DNA of 64,000 bases from Lingula anatina (taxonomy: Eukaryota; Animalia; Brachiopoda), in assembly GCA_051362555.1 (NCBI GenBank), contig CM120640.1, positions 70,224,788 to 70,288,787 of the forward strand. The letters run 5' to 3'. Positions 14,401 to 29,100 of this stretch are shown one piece after another. Made by a program: the position numbers and the translations under genes. How positions within the stretch are numbered: position 1 is the first letter of the stretch; every line of letters begins with the position of its first letter. Below the pieces are notes generated by a model that saw only the letters and a list, made by a program, of their open reading frames with translations, had not been told where the DNA came from and ran no database searches.

Positions 14401-17400
14401 ACAGGGAAATATAGTACTGTTGTCTTACATAGCAGAATTGAAAAATATACATACCATATCCTTGTTTTGGTTAATTATCTCTTAATAAACAAAAAAATGT
14501 TATTGATCCATTTTTTAAACTAATGTAACCAAACTGTGATTAAATATTAACCCCATAGTTGAACTTAATTTTCTCTTATTTGAAATATCCCCCACATGGC
14601 ACTCAGTACAGTTTAACAATACACTTTATTTTGGTGCAGTAATAACATAATTCCCACATGTTATTTCATAGTTGTGTCTCACGATGAGTCTATTGATGTT
14701 GATACTAGAAGAGCATGCCATTTGGAAAGGGCATCCTATAACACTAACCATCTTTGTTTGATAAGTTTTGCTTGCAAGGTTTGTTTAAGGGTATGTATGT
14801 AATCGTCTCATTTTCACTCAATATCTTTCCATTTTCAAGAGCCCTGACAGAGACAGATTGAAAATCAAATTTATCAATGTTTCTTTCACTAGTGTAACAG
14901 AACAATTTTTTCTTCAAGTGTATCTTCTATCATTCCAAATCCCCAAAGACAGTAAACTTGTTGTCAAATTTATAAACCAACTTCAAAATAAAAGGGAAAT
15001 TTGCAAAACCTCACTGTGGATCACAGACAAAGACCAGCAGCTTCCCGTTGTATTCAATCCACCTGCAGGGTATGGCTGCTATGGTTAAAATTTGTGAATG
15101 ATGAATTGAAAAAAATGCAAATCCGAATGCCATTGATCTGTGTAATACTTCAAAGACAAAGTTTTTGCCCTCACAGTTATTGATAAATAAATAAATAAAA
15201 TAAAAATATTTATATGAAGAGATTTAACATATACCACTGTGTGCTATTCTACTGTATAGTTCAGGGAGCCTGTAAATGTAAAAAAAAATGGGTGCTCAAT
15301 AAATTATCATCATCCCATGCCAACTTCATAAAGGCTTCAAAATGTACAGCAAATTGGAAATCCTACAAATACTGCTGGTGTTCAGTCATATGTAAAAAGA
15401 AAAATCAATGTTTGCTTAAATTTACCATTTTGGTTTGGTTCCCACCATCATCAGGACCCTGAGAGCTATCCTTTTGTGAAGGTTCCAGTTTTCTACAGCT
15501 ACAGCAACAATTAGCCCTCCAACAAATAACATATTGGTATCCTGGAACAGGGAAAACATCTCATTAAATAAACATCAACAAATTACTTCTGACATCAAGT
15601 GATATTTGGAGTTTGTTCTAAAGGGTGGATTGCTGCCTTATACTGCATATGTAGTTTGGTGTTGAACATTAAGGGCCTGTTCACAATGCATTAAACGACC
15701 TAGCTACTGCACACTAACTCCATGGAGACTCTTGCTGAATGCAATCAGATTAACACACCTCCTCCTGGTTTTGAGTAAAACATAAAAAAGCTGGTGAGTC
15801 TGTTAATCTGATTGCATTGGGGGAGAGTCCCTGTGTAGTAGTGTACAGTAGCTATATTAATAAATTCACTGTCACTGGGCCCTTAGAATATTGAAGCTGT
15901 TCTCAAAGGTATAGTGTTATAACTGGCTGTTTACTGGGTGAGCTGGTCTTCACACTTACGTAGTCATATTTAAATATATATCTATCCAAGATTAACTTGA
16001 ATGGGCAAAGTTCAAGTGTAACACGTCCAATAAGAAATAAGGAATATAAATATCTGTCTAAATTAAGAAGTAAGTGAAAGAATGAAAAACCCAGGGTTTA
16101 GTTATACGCAATAAGACAACTGGCCATTGCTTTGGTAAACAGATGTTTTTAAGATCATCATATTCCCAGGCACTTCTTGAGAGCTTCTACTGGCACTTCT
16201 ATTAGATTGAAACGTTAACCGGATAATGCATTCTCCATCCTCATTTGTAGACAGGTGTCTTGTGTTGACAACATGAAGGTCACAGGTGGAAAGAAGAGAA
16301 AAATGGAGGCATTCTTGTGAAACCCAACAAACGCATTTGAGGCATTTATGTAAAATGTGAAGCAGAGTAAATTATGTGAAATAAGAGTGCATGTAGACTT
16401 TTGTAGTAAGACTTGATCTTGACTGCAAGGGACCCTCCATGGTGCTGTCAACCATCTTGGACTTTTATCTTGCATTAGTGACTTATTTAAAAGACATTAA
16501 GGCACAGCTACCAACCATAAAGTCATCTCTCCACTTCAAGGTCAATGTTTGCTTTCAGTCAATTGAGTGTTTCCAACAGATTTTGTCAACTTTTTCAGCC
16601 TAAACTGATCTTTTTAAAACTTTTCTTATATTTGTTTATTTACTGATTTGCGGGGGAGAGGGGGCAGTAGAGAATGCAGTCAAATGAGTAAAGAAACAAA
16701 CAGAAGTCAGGCTTAGTCTAATAAAATACTTAAATTATAGTAAACTAGAGTAAAGATTACGTAAAACACCCAGTTTTAACATAACCAGGCTAATGTCATT
16801 TTTTTTCCAATAAAAATGTTACCACAAACAGTTAATCTTCAAGGTTGATGATAAGCATTATAAAGTTTGATGTCTTTACTGAACCCAGGGCCTCGATCCT
16901 TTGCGAAAAAAAAAAAATAATAAAATAAAGGAATAGAAATACTAAAAAGTAAAAGTAATACTACATGTAAAAGCAATAGAAATTTTCAAGTTCTTCATAT
17001 GAGATATTTGATTGAGATATTTTAGATTACCTTGAGGTAATTGTACGACAGGGTCTTAGATGTAGATACACTCATGAAGGGGAACAAGACCAGTGGTAGA
17101 AGCGCCGTCACAGCCAGGGGCATCACTTCAGTCATCCAGAATATAGCGATGATCAACACTCCGTAGGCGCATTTCATTTCCTATAAATAAGAGAAGAAAA
17201 AATAAACATCATATTCATCATCATAACTTGATATCACAGGTATGCTTAACTACAATGTACAATATGTCCTTGGTGAACTATATTAGGTGACATGTATTGT
17301 GAAACAGGCAATGCTGAGACAGACCCACTGAAAGAAACCTAAATCCAATGAAAGGGAACTAGCCATTCATGTGATTTTCAATGTCTAATTTTTCCAATTG

Positions 17401-20400
17401 TCTGTAAAAATAACTCTCCATCATCTTGACATGAATAAAACCTCTAGTACAGAGATGTAATGGTCTTTCAAAATCCAAACTATATTTTTAGGTTTAGAGA
17501 GTAATTGACGGTAGTAAGTGAGTAATTAAGAAAACTAGATATCAAGAAAAAAATTTAATTTTTTTTTCATTTGGTAGGCAGTGGAGGGATCTATTCAAAG
17601 CCTGAATAACATTCCCAGATGGACACATTTAGGATGGTACAATTATATTGTTTAATTTACCAATGTTTATATCACAAATTTATCTTTCATCAAAAGATTT
17701 CTTACACCTCCATCTCTTCTCCTATGACCTTAAGGTCTACGCCAATCTTCAAACAATTTATTTTCATCTACATTCTGTCTGTGAGTTTCCCAGCATACGT
17801 GTATATCTCTGCATGCAAGTGACTTCTGCTGGCTCCATTTGTATCTGTTGTACTGCAAACTATGACTTCTTTTAGAGCTGGAGTGTAGGTCCACACAAAA
17901 AAATCTTATATTACCCATTATAATTTATCACCTTTCCAAAAACGACTGCTACTTATCTGTAGTTTGTACAACGACTCAGGTACAACATGATGACGTTAAA
18001 AAGAAAAAAAGTCTGCTCTACTGTGTGAATACCAAGCAGGAAGGTACAGGTAAAATATATAGAACCCTGCGTCAAAAGGACTGAATAACCTGTTTGTTCA
18101 AAAAGGAATACTACTTTCCTGAAAGAAACAATACTGGAGAGCCAAAATACAGGACACATGTTCAGCATGCTCAAAAACAACAATCACTAAACAATACAAA
18201 TCATCATGATTTATAACTTAAATGTGAACCATTTCACCATTGGAAGACATGTCTGAAAACTGGTTGGATGACAGGGACCTAACCAACATCTATATCTATA
18301 TCCTCAACTGAATATAATTCTACACAATTCAATTTTTAAAATAAAAATATAATAAGTATCAAGATATAGACTCATAAAAATGAAAATTATCAAACATAAG
18401 CCGAACATTTTTCATACTGTTAGCTTATCGCCAACCTAGACGTAGGCCTTCATCAGACTGATGTGAGCAGATGATACTTACTGACCGCTAGGTGGTAGAG
18501 CGGTCAGGACCCTTTGATGAAGGTCTATGCTAAGCTAAGCTGAGAGTATGAACATTTTTCAGCTTGCATTTGATAATTTCCATTTATGTTCCATCTACCA
18601 ATCTAATGAACATTTTTGCTCAAGATATTGACTGTAGAGTAATTTGGTATAACTATATTTTTTACTCATCTCTCTCTACTCTGTCATCCAAACTAAAACT
18701 AGTTATACAGAACAATCCTCCATTAATATCCTTTGATTTTAAACACAAATCATTATTGATCATACATATTATATGAAAATAAGATAAAAACTTACAGAGC
18801 ACTAAATCTGAAAATTATTAGTTAAAAGATAGGGATCATATAAGTTCTCTTTCGGAAGAATATGACAAAAAAAATCTCCATATCACTGTTGACTGAAGAA
18901 ACTGTCATAACTTTAAATCTCTTCCATCTCGCTTAGTATAGGAATGAATTAACAAATTAACTGGACAAACACAATATGTCTGTGGGTTTGATGGATATTT
19001 GACCAGTTAAGGCTGTTTTTTTTATTAATGCCAAACCCAACTGTGTACCCTGTACAAACTTTACTTTAATTTTAATCAAAATTGGCCATGAAAAAATGTA
19101 ACACTGCAATTTAATGGCAAGAGTACCAAAATATGACCAAAATATTACGATTGTCAATTAAAAATTAAGGAATTTTGTAGGGTTGCAGAAAGGCCAAAAT
19201 TTAATGTTACATTCACAACCCCTGACAAAATTCATCATAAACAAATATCTAAGTAATGCCATGGGATTCCACCATTATACAGAGTTATCAGAGCATACAG
19301 CAACAGGGATAGAAAGCAATATTACCCACATCACTGAATAAAACATAAGGTCATATGTGGAAGGTTTGTCTGGAAGGAGTGTCTGGCTTCAGCCAATCAC
19401 AGTGCTCTCTGCTCACACACCCACCTGAGCCCACATAAAGATAATAGCTATCTCTCATACTGTCCAAAAAATATGTCTTTACAAAAATTGAGTATAAATA
19501 CATTTATTCTAGGTATAAAGCCAAAAAATCACAGTGGGATTTCACCACAGCTCCCGCTGATTTCAGTACTCAAGAGTACAGATACATGTAATATGTACTG
19601 GTAAAAATAGTCAGCCAATGCATATATATGTGTACTGGTTAAAATAGAGTGGTTTGGCAATTGGCACATTTCTCTGTCAGCTCAGCTAAAAACATGTCAC
19701 TCCAGAACATATTTCTGAGTTGACAAAACATGAAGTAAAAGTTGAAGGGTTTCTCTGAATGATGGACACAGTGTTAAAACTAGCTGTGAGGCCACCTAAT
19801 ACCCCAGTAACATACTATAATAACCTGCTTCACCCCACTATATATAAACAACACAAAGATATGTTCCTCCAGGTAAGTTTTCCCAGCCAACTGGAAAAGT
19901 CACACATTCTCACCTGTGCAGAAACACCTTTAATCAGCACTCCTTGATACCTGACCTGACTCCTGACATTTACTTAACAAATTAACATCAACTAGACAGT
20001 AGCTATTAACTAGGGGATAATTAATATAAGGGAATAAATCAAGGCAGAGGAGGAGAGGGTGGAACCACTGTAACAACCACCTGATGTTGCACATATCTGT
20101 TTTCAAGTGGACTAGAGGGAATTACACCCACATGGTCAAGTATCTACCACCACCTGGATGGCCCCTAGATCAGGTGGAATATTATGACTGGGTCGTGTTA
20201 TATAACACAGGAGCACACTAGTCTGTGATAACCTTTTACGAAGTCACAGATCTGTGTGTCAAGTCAGGAAATCCAGTTACAATAAGGCATTCTTGATAGA
20301 CGACACTGCAATCTTGATAAAGCTTACGGCCATGCAGCGTCCTCAAATTGTTCACATGTTCAAGTTATAAATATTTACCTGTGACATAAGCAACATGAAT

Positions 20401-23400
20401 ATATGTATGTGTGTTTTGCAGCAATAAACAGGATGTGTCAGAGACAATCAACATATATATTTTGACCATATTTACAACTTGTAACATCAGAAACAACAAA
20501 AATATATTTTGACCATATTTACAACTTGTAACATCAGAAACAACAACAATATATTTTGACCATATTTACAACTTGTAACATCAGAAACAACAAAAATATA
20601 TTTTGGTGATGTTTACAACCTGAATTATCAGCAATTGAGTGGCATATCCTGCAGCCAATATTAGCAGGCAGAAGCAGATAACTAGGAAATGCTTCAATCA
20701 ACATCTGATAAGATGGAAAATAAATATAAGAAATAGCATCATAACACTGTCCTGACATAAATGCACTCCATTCATTCTGGCACAGGTACCAACTCAGGCA
20801 CCGTATCCTTTCACCTGTAACTGTCTGTTTTATATACATAAGAATAATTTCTGCATGGCTCCAGTTGACCTAGAAAGCAGTGTCATTCTGCGGGTCTAAG
20901 TGTAATGACCTCAGATGACATTTTGGTGGTCTTGGTGAAACAAGAATATTGTGAAGGCCACAGGTGACACTACCAGAACACTGCTCATTCAATATTGTCT
21001 AAGCATCAAGTGCATATAGCATAAAATTCAATAAACTGTAACACCCTTGTTAAAGTTATGTTCTAAGACACAACATCATCAATTATTAATATTCTCTTTT
21101 CTTTAATTTTCTACTTCATATTATCAATATTTTGGCTATGAGAATAGATGGTTGTTTTTTCTTTTCAAAAATAACTTATCTTATGGAAGATAGTTCAGAT
21201 GTCACAGAGGGTAAACATTGATTATAAATATTTGTCTACAGATCAGGCGAAGATAGCTCTTTGCTTACCAAAAATTGATTTCAGAGTTACAGTAATAAAC
21301 TACTTTATATTTTTGGCTGTAAAATTTCAGTGCTTTTTCTGTATTTCATAATATATTATCAACTATAAAACTGAAAAAGAAATCACATTTGAATCCTTAC
21401 TATAATTGTTATTTATACTTGTATTTAATTCCTGCCAATACATCTGTCATGTGGACCCTTTCACCATAAATTGCTTTTTTTATTAGCTAATTTATTTTAA
21501 TATTCATTTACTTTTCACTTTTGTAAACGTAAATTGTCTAAAACCATTTTAACAATAATTCAGAATAATAACCTTACTTTACAGGAAATTCAGAGATAAA
21601 GAAGGTCAAGGTCTTGGACATTTGCAGGAACTACCCTTGGTGTTTGACCTAACCTATACTGTCCAAGCAGAGGTCAAGCGACCCAGGATGACCTATACTA
21701 GTCCATGTCTAATCTGTAGCACTGCCCTGGATGTACCCTGTTGCCAGCTGGACTGGTATGGGGAACCTGTTAACAACCTGTTCAGCCTCATTACAAAAGG
21801 TCCCTCAACTGAAAAACATTCTGGATTTCACATTACTTAGAGACTATGTCAGTGAAGCATATATATGCATATAAAGAAGGCACGTTTTTTTCAGTCCCTA
21901 AAACATTCTAATTAGCATTTTAAAAACTAATAATAATAATAACAAGCATTTAAAAAATAATAAAAAACATAAAACTTATTTGTCTCAAAATTGAATTAAA
22001 GAAATATTTTTGTGAAAAAGTTTAAATTAAAACCTGGTAAAATGATCCAAGAAATGATTACATCAATAATAAAAATTATATAATACTTGCCACCAACTTG
22101 CAGACAGGGTTGGCATTTGAAAAAAAAAAAAAAAAACATTTGTCTGGAAGAGGTCTTTTGACTCAAAATCTGATCTATACCATTTGGCAAATTGGGTTTA
22201 CTAAGGGGGTAAAAACATCCATTATATTTTCATTAAAGATTCCCCCCCCCCCCCCCCCCCCGTACTATCAGCAATTACAAAAACAACAAACACCACTAGG
22301 TCAATATCTTATAATCTAATAGCATCATGTTAATACTATATAACTACCTGAACACAAGGCTCAAGGTCGAGCACATTGTAGAGGACGCTGGGTACAGGTG
22401 AACCAGAGTGGGGCTTTGTCCAAGACCTGGTCTATCAAAATGTTTTAAAAGAGCATATATAGTGTGGATGAATGTACAAATGCAACAAATGCCTTCTTTC
22501 TCTTGCTGTAACAGGCAAGTGAAGATTTCATTTATGAAACACCTAGTAATCCAGGATGTCAGGTCAAACTGAACATGTCCACCAGTCTGTACAGGTGGTC
22601 AGCAGGCTTCTTGAAGTAAGATAGTGATAGAAAAATATTAGCTGTGTTCCTCACGCTCACTTTGGGTATAATGATCCTCTAAATTTTAGAATGTTTTTTT
22701 TTTATCAATATTGTATGCATAATGAAAAAATACGCCCTCTCTGCTATCTGATGTGACTGGCAACTTTGTAGTTGGTTTGGGAAATTGGTCTGCTGTTTAT
22801 CTTCCTCTTTAAATTATTAACAGATCTTGTGGCCAGTCTGACCTATAGAGTGTGAAAAAAACTAAACGATACCTAACATTTTCACATGACCAAAGCAGTT
22901 TCAATAACCTTTCTTTCTTTTATCTTGATTCCAACAAAGACACGCTTGAGCTAGAAGACAAATGTGAAGGCTGATGGTTTCTGCTCCCTCCTCAGCAATA
23001 AAATAAAAATAAAAGGCCATTATTAAGTTGTCGGACTAAAATCTTGTTTTGAATTTGCCGATACCCTGTACCTTGGTCTTAGTCTGTACGTGATGCGTTC
23101 CTGTAGGTGTTTAGATCTGCCTGTACCTTGGTCTTAGTCTGTACGTGATGCGTTCCTGTAGGTGTTTAGATCTGCCGCAGTCTGCTATGTCCCTGTCACA
23201 ACCCTAGCCATGACAGTTCCAGATCACTGAACACTTTGCTTCATCCAACAAAACATTTATGCTAACATGCAACAAATATTTCAATCTGATTATGCTTTAA
23301 GCGTGTGTATTACAGCAAAAAACATACATTGCATATCTTGTGTTCTTTCTCCTAATAATTGTACAATGTAGAACCTTCTTACAGGTACAAGATATGGTTT

Positions 23401-24014
23401 ATATTTGCAACATTAAGTTTTAGCCCTGTAGATCTGAAGACAAGCTTTATACGTATAAATAATAAATAAGCAGCTGTCCACATTTGCTTAAAAGAAACGC
23501 TAGGGCTGGCGTTGGAGATTTGCCAATGAAATATGCTTTGGTTGTGGTATATTTTGTGTTTTTAGTTGTTATGACAACATTGAAATCTGGTATTGAAGTA
23601 CAATATTATCAAACTGGGACATTATTTATTTCTGCTCACGGCACCAGCATTAGACGACCCTGTAAACCCCAAAGTTTTGCTCTATTCTGTGGCGCGTACG
23701 AAGCAAGATTTTAGTGGGAAGAGCGAGGGGGTATAAGTATTGATTTAAAAAATTGACTGGGAGGGAAGGCGGGGTTAAGCTCCCCCTCTTCCTGGATCTT
23801 CCTGTCTGTCCTGTGCTCAGACCTGTTTGAAAAACGCGTGGTGACTTGGCTCTCTACAGCTGTGAAATATGACTACTTAAAAATAAATGAAAACAATACT
23901 CACCTTGGACGGGTATAGCACCGGTATAAAAAGCAAAATTAACGGGGTAAATATGACGATCCCCGTTTTCTTAAATGCCCACAGCTCTTTCAGTCTACTG
24001 AAACAAGACTTCAT
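5479..24014 (-). CDS. SLC13: SLC13-family (NaDC/NaCT/Indy-like) dicarboxylate/citrate transporter, paralogue A, ~637 aa, 14 coding exons
   Basis: Phase-consistent GT-AG exons (minus): 24014-23904, 17180-17031, 15541-15426, 14360-14173, 13818-13734, 13501-13310, 10967-10848 (or 11645-11526), 9646-9551, 9165-9052, 8794-8697, 8334-8216, 7792-7631, 7254-7117, 5703-5479. Sum 1914 nt. Family motifs: [87 protein letters not shown]. Orthology to a specific SLC13A member cannot be resolved by eye. Confidence 0.93.
6502..6624. repeat. Tandem duplication, ~67-bp period
   Basis: AGAAATGTGTTAGTTGTGA...ACAATTGTGACTTG.ACATCACTGCACAATA occurs twice. Confidence 0.8.
11526..11645 (-). CDS. Duplicated alternative exon 7a of SLC13 paralogue A (candidate mutually exclusive exon)
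   Basis: 120 nt, CACAG acceptor and GTAGCA donor, phase 2-2. It encodes [39 protein letters not shown], colinear and homologous with exon 7b (10848-10967, [39 protein letters not shown]). No stops or frameshifts. Confidence 0.8.
15673..15882. mobile_element. Palindromic Harbinger-like MITE in an SLC13 paralogue A intron
   Basis: GGGCC...GGCCC termini flanked by TAA/TTA. Arms TAGCTACTGCACACTA/TAGTGTACAGTAGCTA and AATGCAATCAGATTAACA/TGTTAATCTGATTGCATT. Confidence 0.65.
20455..20604. repeat. Minisatellite, 47-bp unit x ~3
   Basis: ATATATTTTGACCATATTTACAACTTGTAACATCAGAAACAACAAAA repeated head to tail with no spacers. Confidence 0.9.
23065..23176. repeat. Perfect 55-bp tandem duplication
   Basis: CCTGTACCTTGGTCTTAGTCTGTACGTGATGCGTTCCTGTAGGTGTTTAGATCTG x2. 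Confidence 0.9.
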
Positions 24015-24136
24015 GGTCCGGACTGTTTCTCCGTAATGTCGGTTTCCACTCAACTTTCAGCTCAAATTGCCGCCTTACTGTCCTGTGTGCTCAGCTTCCC
24101 TGCATTTGACCTTTGTTGATGTTTTTATGCCGCACA

Positions 24137-24144
24137 TGACGTCA
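24137..24144. promoter_or_regulatory. Palindromic CRE (TGACGTCA) ~120 bp upstream of the SLC13 paralogue A start codon
   Basis: Exact 8-mer in a locally CpG-richer region just upstream of exon 1. Function untested. Confidence 0.35.
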
Positions 24145-26167
24145 CTGGCCTTCGATGTGTTGGAAGCCAGACTCACAAACGTGTAGAATCATGACCTAAA
24201 TTATTACGCACAAATAATGCTACGTAAAACGGATTCGGTATTTGTGTTTACGCTTTGATTTTTAAAGATACAGTATTTATAATCCGCTATAAGCTAAGTG
24301 ACAGTAAGCACATGCTACAGGCTTTAAAACAGACGTGGTCAAGTTGGGTCAAGGCGGGAAACTGACCGCACGTGCTTTATTTGGAGTCTAGCTGAACAAA
24401 TAGGCATGTTCTCGGGTCACCTGCCGCCGCTGTGGGCATCCGGCACGCTGGAAACTGGCCCCGCTACTATCACCATCTCTCTGCATTGCCCAATATAATT
24501 TGTTGATGCTGGTGTTTTAATATCAGACAATAAGGCAGGACGATTCCAGGGTTTCCGCCGTCCGCTGCCAGTAAATTGAATATTGAAAATGGGCTATAAG
24601 TCCTTTGCTGATTTGCGGTTATAGAGCGTGGTGCTTGAGAGATGTAACAAAATATAATAATATCATGAAAAATCCTCAAAATTTAATTTCTTTCGTTATT
24701 GCGATGATACACTTAAAAGATAAGATCCAAAAAAATATATCAAATGATCACTTTTTACACAAATTTTGACTCTTACATTTTTTGTAAAATAAATTGCAAT
24801 ATTTCACATTTTATAACCAATGCCTGCCAAGTACTACTTTAAAATTAATAAAAATAAAAAAAATGTAGATTAAAAAGGCTAAATTAACAATTACATGTAA
24901 TATAAATAGACTGGAAGTATACATGTGATTCTAAACATTTTGTGGATTATATTAACACCCATCAACAGCAATAAGAGAATGTACATGTACTTATCAGTCA
25001 CAGTGTTTAGTGCAATATCTATTGGTAAACAACACTATGTATATATACAATAGATTAACTCCCATTGAACCATTTCAAAAAATATTAAAAATGATGTAGT
25101 GTCTTGCTCATAATATATGTACCATTTTTTAAAATAGAAGACAACATTAAAGTTTTTTAATTCATATTATAAAAAATATATCGCAACAATTCTTTCAAAT
25201 ATTTGGCAATAATCCCCAAACTATATCAGATCCCACATAAAGCAGCCCTTGTTCTACAATCTCAATTAAGCATTTACACATAGTATGATATCTTTAACAA
25301 TATAAGTCTGTCAAAGGTGGACTGGGTTTCTGCTCATGTGCAATGAATGTACATGACAATCTGAAGCTGAGAGCAACAAAACTAAGCCACAATTTCACTG
25401 TTTACATCTCAACAAACACAGTTATGTACAGCAAGAACTGGAAGGGCCAGTACAAACAGTCATCCCTTATATTATACACATTAAAAAAATCCCTGTCAAA
25501 CTTCTTTATACTGGTAATATCATGTTGAGCATTTATGACCTTTTATATTTACAAAGAATAACAGTATAATATCATGGTCTAAATAATTCACAGAAAAATA
25601 TGAGTACAATTCTGTCCAACCTATTTTTATGGTATGTAAATTCTTACAAAATACCACAATGTGGGATCCACAGTTTTGTTAAAGGGGTGGGAGCAGTGCA
25701 CAAGGATTAAAAATTATCAGAGCAAAGTTTGGAAGATATAAAACAGTCAAGTTTATTTAATTATATGTAAGACAAAGAGCTCAAAATTGCTTGGTTTTAT
25801 CTTGTTTTTCACTCATTATAGTTTGTTTTTGTTTTTTGCCTCACCACGTAAATGTGAGATTTGTGTACACCCGCTCCCTGAATCCATGACTGAATATTAA
25901 AAAACAATGACTAGAAATACAACAATTTCACATCAAATTCCTAGTTATCTAAAACTTCACTAAGATGAAAAATTAAAACTAATAATGGGGAATGTTATAG
26001 TTGAACAATGGACCCTTCTGTGAGGGGAAGAGATTGGCACAGTGTGATGTCTGGAAGACGGGATGTCATGGAGGATGTCCTTTTTATAGGCCACTGTTGA
26101 CTTAAATGGGAGGTTTTCTCCTCACATATTGTGTCCTGTATGTGCATATTTACATACACTTTCTTTT

Positions 26168-29100
26168 TTAAATCCCTGTATAGTTTGTTAGGAAAGTTTG
26201 TGTGCTGCCAGTGGGACTAATTGTGACTGAGGAGTTCAAGATTTCACCACCAGATGTCATGTTGGCTCCACCTCCCCAAGAGGGAAAGGTTCCCAGGTTG
26301 AAGTATGCTTTTCCCCATGTGTTGATGGCAAGATTCACAAATGCAATGCATATCAAGTTCATAACAACACCTGCCTTGGCCTGAAAAATTAATAAAAATG
26401 AACATGCAAATTAAGTATAGATAGTTATATTTTGTTTCATCTGGTATTTTCCACTTAAAGAAATAGCATCAATTTTGGCCATAAATCATAGAAATAAACC
26501 ACAAGGGAACAGCATGTATAATTTAGGCTCAAATTCAAGTACACAGAATACTTAAACAAGAAAGTATAATTTATCTCACCATATCTTTGACTTGAAGATG
26601 TCCATAAGAGAAGACGATGGCATTGGGTGGAGTTGCCACTGGTAACATGAAGGCAAAGGAACAGGACACTGTCACTGGCATCATCAGGTACAGGGGGTTG
26701 ACAGACAAAGTTTTGGCCTGAAATGAACAATTTACAGCAGTAAATATTGATGTCATAATGTCAGTGAGAGAATGTATGTTTTATTGATGTTAAGTGAATA
26801 ACAAGCATATATTAGATGTAATTGAAATAATAGGAAATATTTTACATATAACTGAAAGAATAATTTGTATATCTTAAAATCTAAAATCAAAGACAAATGG
26901 CAAGGAAACTACAAAGAAAACACAACAGAAAATCTTTAAAAAAAACTGAGTTTGAAGATTTTGTTAGATTTAATACATAAATCAAAGAGTTCATATTATA
27001 TTCCATGCCATATTGCTCCTAAACTTTTTAATCAGGTGCTTTAACCTATCAGACAAAATAATAGCTATATTCTCACCAATCCTGCTAAGATGGGTAAAAA
27101 TATAGTGGCAGTGGCCACATTGCTGCTGAACTCTGTGAAGGAGGCTATGGTGAAGGTGAGGATCAGAACAAGGCACCACACAGGGACATCCTTCAACAGG
27201 GACATCTGCTCACCCAACCAATCAGAGAGACCAGATTGCTGGAAATAAAACACAGAGTAACAATACCAGTTTAGCCTGATTACTTTGTTTTTTCAACCTT
27301 TACGTCCAATGTAGGTTGTCCTAAAGATCCTTTTCTCCATTACAGACCTAAAACAATGCAGCTTCTTAATATATCATATTAATGTAACATATTAATCCAT
27401 TTTAGCAGATAAAAACTACCAGGACAAGACTTAAAGTAAAAATTAATGTTTTCACTGCTGCATACCTGGCAAGCATCTGCCATGGCGAACCCTCCACCCA
27501 GCAAGATGACAACGTTCCACGCCAGTTTACGCTGTACTGTCATCCAGTCCAACAATGGCGGCACAGGACCAACTGAAGTTAAACAGATACACTAGGGTTA
27601 TATATTTATTTCATGGAGTTCTGTTTAATATGGAAGCATTTTTTGTCAAATGATTACAATAAGAAAAAAAAAACATAAAGATTACAATAAGAAAGAAAAC
27701 ATAAATACTAGCAGCTGTTTACAGTCAAACTGAAACTGTGTTTTGCATGTTTTATATTAACATGAATTTAAGACCTAATTAAAAATTATGTACATTCTAA
27801 CATACAGCATTTTTTTAGACTGAAATCATATAGACAAATATTCAGACTTACCATCTTTAGTCTTCCAACACAGCACTTTAGGCCATTGTGAAGGGAAGAC
27901 AAATAGTGACATTACAATAACCATAGCAGTAACAGCATCAGTGACATACCTAGAAACATAACAAAAACAATGTTCAATCTTGTTAGTTAGACGTAACAAA
28001 GCATAACTGTACAGCATGCAGGCAAAAAGATGCATACTTCTGTATTTGCAGTTCTTCTATCAAAATGGTGGTTGTGCTTGTTAACATAAAAATATATAAG
28101 TAGATTCATTAAGTTTATCTTTGTCAACAAACTGATACAGTAAAACTTAATTCTTATTTTTCATACCTTTCAAATCCCCCCACCCCACTTTTCAATCAAA
28201 ATTGTGTAACCATGACAACATACCCATCTTCAAAAATGACATCCCATCCATCAATGAATTCTGGTTCCCTGGTCAGCCACAGCAGGGCCAGCAGGGTGAA
28301 ATGGCACAGCACTGCTATCTCTGCAAACCTAGACAAAATACAGTCAAGATGCATAGATCACAGGAAATTTCTTTGAATATTTATCTATTTATTTACTAGC
28401 ATTTATTATCGTCATTATCATTATAATTATTACTGCTTACTTACTTATTACTGCTACTACATTCATGAAATAATTTCACCAAAAAAGATAAACGAAGGAA
28501 GGCCTTTTTACACCCATATCTATTGTTTGCAATTTCACATGCAAAGTATCTCTTTGGAAGTACCAATGCTTGGAAAACACTTTTGTATACATTTTATAAA
28601 GAATCTTTTCTGTGTAGTAGCCCTGAGATTCAGTGCACCTTTACATAGAGATGTGGTCAATAAAAAAGTGATCGTTATAGTGACTTGGTCTTATGATGCA
28701 GAATATACTTCAAGAGTAACTCTCTTGTGGTCACAGAATTTTCCACTAATACATCTTTCAATCAATTTCCATAAGCTTCAGTGCTCTCAGAAAGTGATCA
28801 ATAAAATAACACTGCTATATGCTGTTCAGATATCCCTGTTCAGCTTGTCAACATGTCTTTACTGTAATACACTCCTTCATGTTCTGATAAACCATTGTAA
28901 AACACTTGTGATAGCAGCTGTTTTTTTTTTCAATCCATGTTTTACAACTTATCTAAACAACATACACATGTATATTTACTATTGGCTGCAGAAAAAATAC
29001 ATGATATATTACAAGAAACAAGCAGTTTCAATCAATTTCTAGGAAATCATTCCTGAGAGAGTTCTCGATCAAAGTCATTTCACAAAATAAAAATCTTAAA

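Noticed and set aside
18400-18565. Hammerhead ribozyme (minus-strand CTGATGAAGGCCTA...TAGG)
   Set aside because: The required GAAA core after stem II is missing. The region is a degenerate palindromic repeat.
20455-20604. Regularly repeated ~47-bp unit resembling a CRISPR array
   Set aside because: The units are directly adjacent with no unique spacers, the context is a eukaryotic intron, and there are no cas genes. It is a minisatellite.
28527-29042. 171-aa plus-strand ORF
   Set aside because: Intronic and antisense to SLC13 paralogue B, non-ATG start, AT-rich composition, no motif.
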